The notes beneath the pieces were generated by a model that searched no databases, had not been told where the DNA came from, and saw nothing but the letters and a program-made list of their open reading frames with translations. 64,000 nt of DNA from the human T2T-CHM13v2.0 reference genome, Homo sapiens, in the NCBI RefSeq assembly GCF_009914755.1, contig NC_060939.1, one strand, 5' to 3'. Position 1 is the stretch's first letter, and each line of letters starts with the position of its first letter. Both the position numbers and the translations under genes were made by a program. Below are positions 58,754 through 64,000 of the stretch, in pieces.

Positions 58754-60236
58754 CAAGGAAGGAAGGGAGGGAGGGAGGAAAATTTCTTGTGAAATTCCCA
58801 AAGAACAGAGAACATTTTTAAATGTTTCCTTACTCATTAGTTAACTCAGTATTTTCATGCCCAAAAAATGTCAACAACCAGTTTTGCCAAGAATAATAAA
58901 AACAGATACTGACTCTGAGCCTTTCTTGCAAGATCTCTCAGGGTACACACCCGGCTGACTCCCGCACATTTCTGTCTCTCCTGCCTTCTCAAATCTCGCT
59001 GTCTCCATCAGTGTCTCTTCTTCCATGCAAGGCTCTGTCCTCTGAAGTTCTCTCTCCCCTGGCTTCAGCCCCATGCAGGTGGCCCCCGCCCCCGCCCCAC
59101 ATGTGGATTCAGTTCCCCACCTGTGGTCCCCATGATTGTTCTACTCCAACTCCGGCTCTCATCACCCACCGCCAGTGTGACTGGGGCACAATGTGACTGG
59201 GTGCAGGATGGGGCAGCCACCTCAGGCCCCAGAGCGCTCCATCCCATGGCCAAAGGGGTGGATATTCCGCCCTGAAACACCTGGGAGTGCATAATGCTCA
59301 AGGTATTCCTTCTTCGAAGCTGATAAGTTTGTCTATGAGCAAATAATCCACTAGTTCCTCTGCAAGGGGACTGCCTGACTTAGAAAGAACACAGATGTAA
59401 AAGATTAGTCTTTCTCAAACACTGCCGGTCATGTGTCAGAAATCTAGAACAGTCCCTCACCAGCAAACCTGGCTGGCCCCAGCCCTGTCTCAGGCCCTTG
59501 TGTTAATGCTGGGTCTCTGGCCCAGGCTCCCCTCCCTGCCTGATGAGTTCCCACTGTGCTTTCAAGGGCTCTTTCAGGTGAAGAGACTTAGATCAATACC
59601 ACCTTAGGTGACCCGAACTTTGACTCTCCCTCAGGGAGCAGCGACGGGGTTTTAGTGTCTTCTCTCTGACAGCCCAAAGCGCAGATGCCAGCTGCTCCAC
59701 CTCATTCCCAGGGACGAGCTCCACAGTTGAGGATCCCAGGGAGCAGAGCAGGGGTTGAGATGCAAACAATTCTGATCACAGGCCCCTCTCTCCACCCTCC
59801 CCAAAAGTGCCACCTGCTGCATCTACATAATTCTGAGAGCCCATTCAAGAGACCGCTGCTGGAACCAAGAAGCTAGTTATCTGGATGATGTGGGTCCCCA
59901 TCGGAGACACGGGAGGGGAGAAGTGGTGGGACTGCTTCATACCCACACCCACTTCATGTTTGCCCTAGCAGGCACTGTGTAGCACTCATCTGGGGCCAAA
60001 AAGGAATAAATGACAACTTGTTTACAGAAACTGTGTTGTAAAAATACCTAGTGGGACCTTGTTTCACCACCTGGATCTTTAGGGAGGTGCCCGTTCTCCC
60101 CTTCGAGCTCAGCCTGCCCTTACCAAGTTCCTCTGTTTCCCCTCACTGGGAACTCTCAGGAATTGTCCCCCAACATTATTCCCAGAAACCTGTGCCAACC
60201 GCTCATGCCTATCTTGGAGCATCACACTATCAGATA

Positions 60237-60389
60237 CCTGGATAACTGCAATGGGTAAAGTGACAATTTTCTCTAGCTCTCCTAAACCACAGTGCAATAT
60301 GGTTTGGAAACAGCAATAAGTCAATCCCCCTTTTCACAAATGATCAAATGAGGCTCAGAGAGGTTAAGGAATTAGGCAGTCATTCTTCA
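60237..60389 (+). repeat. Local direct duplication, copy 2
   Basis: Aligns to 58599-58753. Confidence 0.95.
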
Positions 60390-60896
60390 ATCATTCTACA
60401 AACTTTTCTTCAACACCCACCTGTGCCAGCGGATACCTGCCCCTCATAAAATACTCCCCTCCCCAGAGATCTGGGGGTGGGGTTTCTTGCTCCTGGAAAC
60501 AAGGGAAAAAGGAGAGAAAGAGGTGTGAGGGCACTCAGAGAGGAGCAGCCTGTCATCATGTGATCACTGCCCACGCTGCCTAGCAGGCCTCTGAAGCCAC
60601 CCCACGGGAGAATGGCTCTGCTGTTTCCCACGCCTGGGGTCTCCCTCTCCCACTCCAGCATCCTAGCCCACCAGGTAGGATGAGTGATGCTACATGGACT
60701 TCCAAACATGCTTAATCTCTGCAGACCATGGCACAGGCCCGAAGCTGGCCCGCAGCACCCAGGCTCAGTACATGCCCGCCCTCTTCACGACCTCCCAGAC
60801 CAGCCCGGCCGGTCACCCATCTTCTGCACACATCCCTCCCCAACCTCCCCTCAAACCCTTCGCCCAGGTGGGGCTTCCCAGGCAATCTCCAATCTA

Positions 60897-62933
60897 CGGC
60901 TGACCTTGAAAAACCCAGGTTTGAATTGTATAGGTGCATTTATACATGGATTTTTTTCAGTCAAAGTTACACCAAGTGTGCCAGCCTCTCCTGACTCCCC
61001 TCCCACCTCCTCCTCCACTTCCTGCACCTCCTCCTCTACCTCCTCCACCTCTTCCACCTCTTCAACCTCCTCCACCTCCTCATCCTCCACCACCACCTCT
61101 TCTACCTACTCCTCCACCTCCTCCACCTCCTGCTCCACCTCCTCCTCCACCTCCTCCTCCACCTTCTCCACCTCCTCCTCCTCTACCTCCTCCTTCACTT
61201 CCTCCACCTCCTCCTCCACCTCCTCCATTTCCTCCACCTCGTCCTCCACCTCCTCCATCTCATCCTCCACCTCCTCGTCCTCTACCTCCTCCTCCACCTC
61301 CTCCACTTCTTCCACCTCTTCCATCTCCTCCTTCCTCCACCTCCTCCTCTATCTCCTCCACCTCCTCCTCCACCTCCTCCACGTCCTCCTCCACCTCCTC
61401 TTCCACCTCCTCCTCCACCTCCTCTACCTCCTCCTCCACCTCCTCTTCCTCCATCTCCTCCTCCACCTCCTCCACGTCCTCCTCCACCTCCTCTTCCAAC
61501 TCCTCCTCCTTCACCTCCTCCACCTCTTCTTCCTTTACCTCCTCCTCCACCTCCTCCACTTTCTCCACCTCCTCCACTTCCTCCACCTCCTCTACCTCCT
61601 CCACCTCCTCCTCCACCTGCTCCACCTCATCTACCTCCTCCTCCACTTCCTCCATCTCCTCCTCCACCTCCTCCTCCTCCACTTCCACCTCTTCCTTCAC
61701 CTCCTCCACCTCTTCCTCCTTTACCTCCTCCTCCACCTCCTCCACTTTCTCCACCTCCTCCACCTCCTCCACCTCATCCTCCACCTCCTCCACCTCCTCC
61801 TCCACCTGCTCCACCTCATCCTCCACCTCCTCCTCCACCTCCTCCTCCACTTCCTTCACTTCCTCCACCTCCACCTCATCCTCCACCTCCTCCACCTCCT
61901 CCTCCACCTGCTCCACCTCATCCTCCACCTCCTCCTCCACTTCCTTCACCTCCTCCACCTCTACCTCATCCTCCATCTCCTCCTCCATCTCATCCTCCAC
62001 CTCATCCTCCACCTTCTCCACCTCGTCTACCACCTCCTCCTCCACCTCCTCCACCTTGTCCACCTCCCCCTCCACCTCCCCTTCCACCTCTTCCACCTCG
62101 TCCTCCACCTCCTTCTCCACCTCCTCTACCTCGTCCACCACCTCCTCCTCCACCTCATCTACCTCCTCCACCACCTCCTCCTCCACCTCCTCTTCCACCT
62201 CCTTTACCTCCTCCTCCACCTCCACCACCTCCTCCTCCATCTCATCTAACTCCTCCACCACCTCCTTTTCCACCTCCTCCTCCACCTCCTCCTCCACCTC
62301 ATCTATCTCCTCCTCCACCTCCTCTTCCACCTCCTCCTTCATCTCCTCTTCCAGACCTCCTTTACCTCCTCCTCCACCTCCTCCACCTCGGCCTCCACTT
62401 CCACCATCTCCTCCTCCCCCCTTGTCCTCCACCTCCTCCTCCACCTCCTCCACCCTCCTCCACCTCCTCCACCTTGTCTTCCACCCCTCCTCCACCTCCT
62501 CCACCTGGTCCTCCACCTCCTCCTCCCTCTTCCAACTCCTCCAACTCTTCCCCCACCTCCTCCACCTCTTCCTTCTCTGCCACCCTGACACAGCAAAACT
62601 AAGTCCTCCTCTTCCTCCTCCTCCTCAGCCCACTCAGTGGGAAGATGACAAAGATGAAGATCTTTATGATGATCCACCTCCACTTAATGAATAGTAAATA
62701 CATTTTCTCTTCCCTATGATTTTCTTAATGATATTTTCTTTCCTCCAGCTTACTTTATGGTAAGAATACAGCATATAACGCATATACAAAAGATGTATTA
62801 ATCATCTATTTACATTTCCAGTCAATATGAGGCTATTAGTAGTTACGTTTTGGAGGAGTCAAAAGTTACACGTGGATTTTCAACTGCAGAGGGAGTCAGT
62901 GCCCCTAACCGTGTACTGTTCAAGGGTCAGCTG
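60897..62933 (+). mobile_element. Tigger2a with a large internal tandem-repeat expansion
   Basis: TA-flanked; TIRs 'cggctgaccttgaa' and 'ttcaagggtcagctg'; both arms colinear with the Tigger2a at 21393-22307. Confidence 0.9.
61003..62572 (+). repeat. ~1.57 kb degenerate (TCC)n/(TCCACC)n pyrimidine-rich tandem repeat
   Basis: Seen directly; triplet periodicity with higher-order repeated blocks. Confidence 0.97.
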
Positions 62934-63282
62934 TACAAAATGAGGACAAGATGTAGTACCCATTCCCCAGGGTTTACTGCTAGGCTTAAATAAGTTGATA
63001 TGAAACACTGTTAGAATCGCGTCTGGCAAAAAAAGTAAGCACTCATTAGTTCTTGTGATCGATCCAGTTACAGTTTCACATACAGATGACTGTACCCACC
63101 CACCAGCACTCACCAGAGGGGGCCCTTGGATCTAAACAGTGTGGAAGCCACGCCTGTTCCCCTCACCTCACACAGGCCTGTGTGCAAGGTGACTGAGCCC
63201 CCCTGGATTTCTGACTAATCATCTTTGGACCACCAGCAGGTAAACAACTCTCCCCTCCTGTGTCCCCAGAATGCCTCAGCAG

Positions 63283-63760
63283 CATTAGTTTCCTATTGCT
63301 GCTGTAACAAATTGCCACAAACCTGGTGACTTATAGCAACACACAGCTATCATCCTACATTCTGGAGGTCAGAGGTGCAAATCAGTCTCACTGGGCTAAA
63401 TTCAAGGGGTCACAAGCCTCGATCCTCCTGGGGGCTCCAGGAGAGAATCTGCTTCCCTGCCTTTCCGGGCTTCCAGAGGCCACCTGCCTTCATTGGCTCA
63501 TAACTCTCTTCCTCACATCATTCCAGTCACTGCGTTCATCATCCCACCTCCTACTACTGACTCAGATCTTCTGTCTCCCTCTCAGGAGGACCCCTGTGAT
63601 TACACAGGGCCTGCCTACATAATCCAGGATAGTCTCCCTCTCTCAAGATCCTTAACCGAATCACATCCGCAAAGTCCCTTTTTGCCATGTGAGACACAGA
63701 TTCACAGCTTCTAGGGATTAGGATGTGGACTTCTCTGGGGGACCACAATTCCATCTACCA
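63283..63760 (-). mobile_element. MLT1C/D-like MaLR LTR
   Basis: 'attagtttcctattgctgctgtaacaaattgccacaaac...ataatccaggatagtctccc...gggattaggatgtggac...ctaccaca'. Confidence 0.8.
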
Positions 63761-64000
63761 CATTGACCTAACCCATATTCAACCTACCCAGCTTTGCTAG
63801 CTCTTAGACGTTGGGTTAGTCCCAATACCTGGTCCACAAAACTGGAACTGAATATGACATTTCACATTTGCATCATAAAGATTCTCCGGATGCTGTGTGA
63901 AGGGGAAATTGAGAGGACAAGAGCAGAAGTGGAGAAGCCACTTACGGGGCTACCAGAATAATCTGGGTAAGAGAGACACAGCAGGCAGAAGTCTGTATTT

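Noticed and set aside
60684-62694. Long ORFs (521, 586, 443 aa) as genuine protein-coding genes
   Set aside because: They lie in a TCC/ACC repeat that cannot easily generate stop codons, inside a DNA transposon; no domain, splice or promoter support. Kept only as a speculative finding.
63114-63131. 18-nt minus-strand micro-exon (tttag|ATCCAAGGGCCCCCTCTG|gtgagt)
   Set aside because: Weak polypyrimidine tract; shows that such pairs arise by chance in this window.

Overview
Primate (catarrhine, human-like) nuclear DNA made mostly of interspersed repeats. These include about 20 Alus (J/S/Y), a near-full-length dead L1PA7/8-like element with target-site duplications (TSDs), many older L1M/L2/MIR fragments, MaLR/ERVL LTRs, solo HERV-W (LTR17) and HERV-H (LTR7-type) LTRs, and DNA-transposon fossils (two Tigger2a, MER3, MER5, MER20-type). 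I cannot recognise a host coding exon, RNA gene or gene identity. The ORF track is explained by L1 remnants, Alu read-through, low-complexity repeats and chance. L1 orientation bias and an apparent A-rich plus strand suggest a long intron of a minus-strand gene (inference). The most unusual items are: a ~1.57 kb TCC/ACC expansion inside one Tigger2a that leaves a 582-codon ATG ORF ending in the Tigger2 tail peptide, with an unexpanded sister copy in the same window; a G-rich VNTR inside an ERVL LTR; a 155-bp non-tandem local duplication beside a tail-less Alu; and a few weak minus-strand micro-exon or recursive-splice candidates. I do not see sequence-supported evidence for a new multi-gene biological system. 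Repeat subfamily names come from recalled consensus sequences, and boundaries without a stated TSD are approximate.
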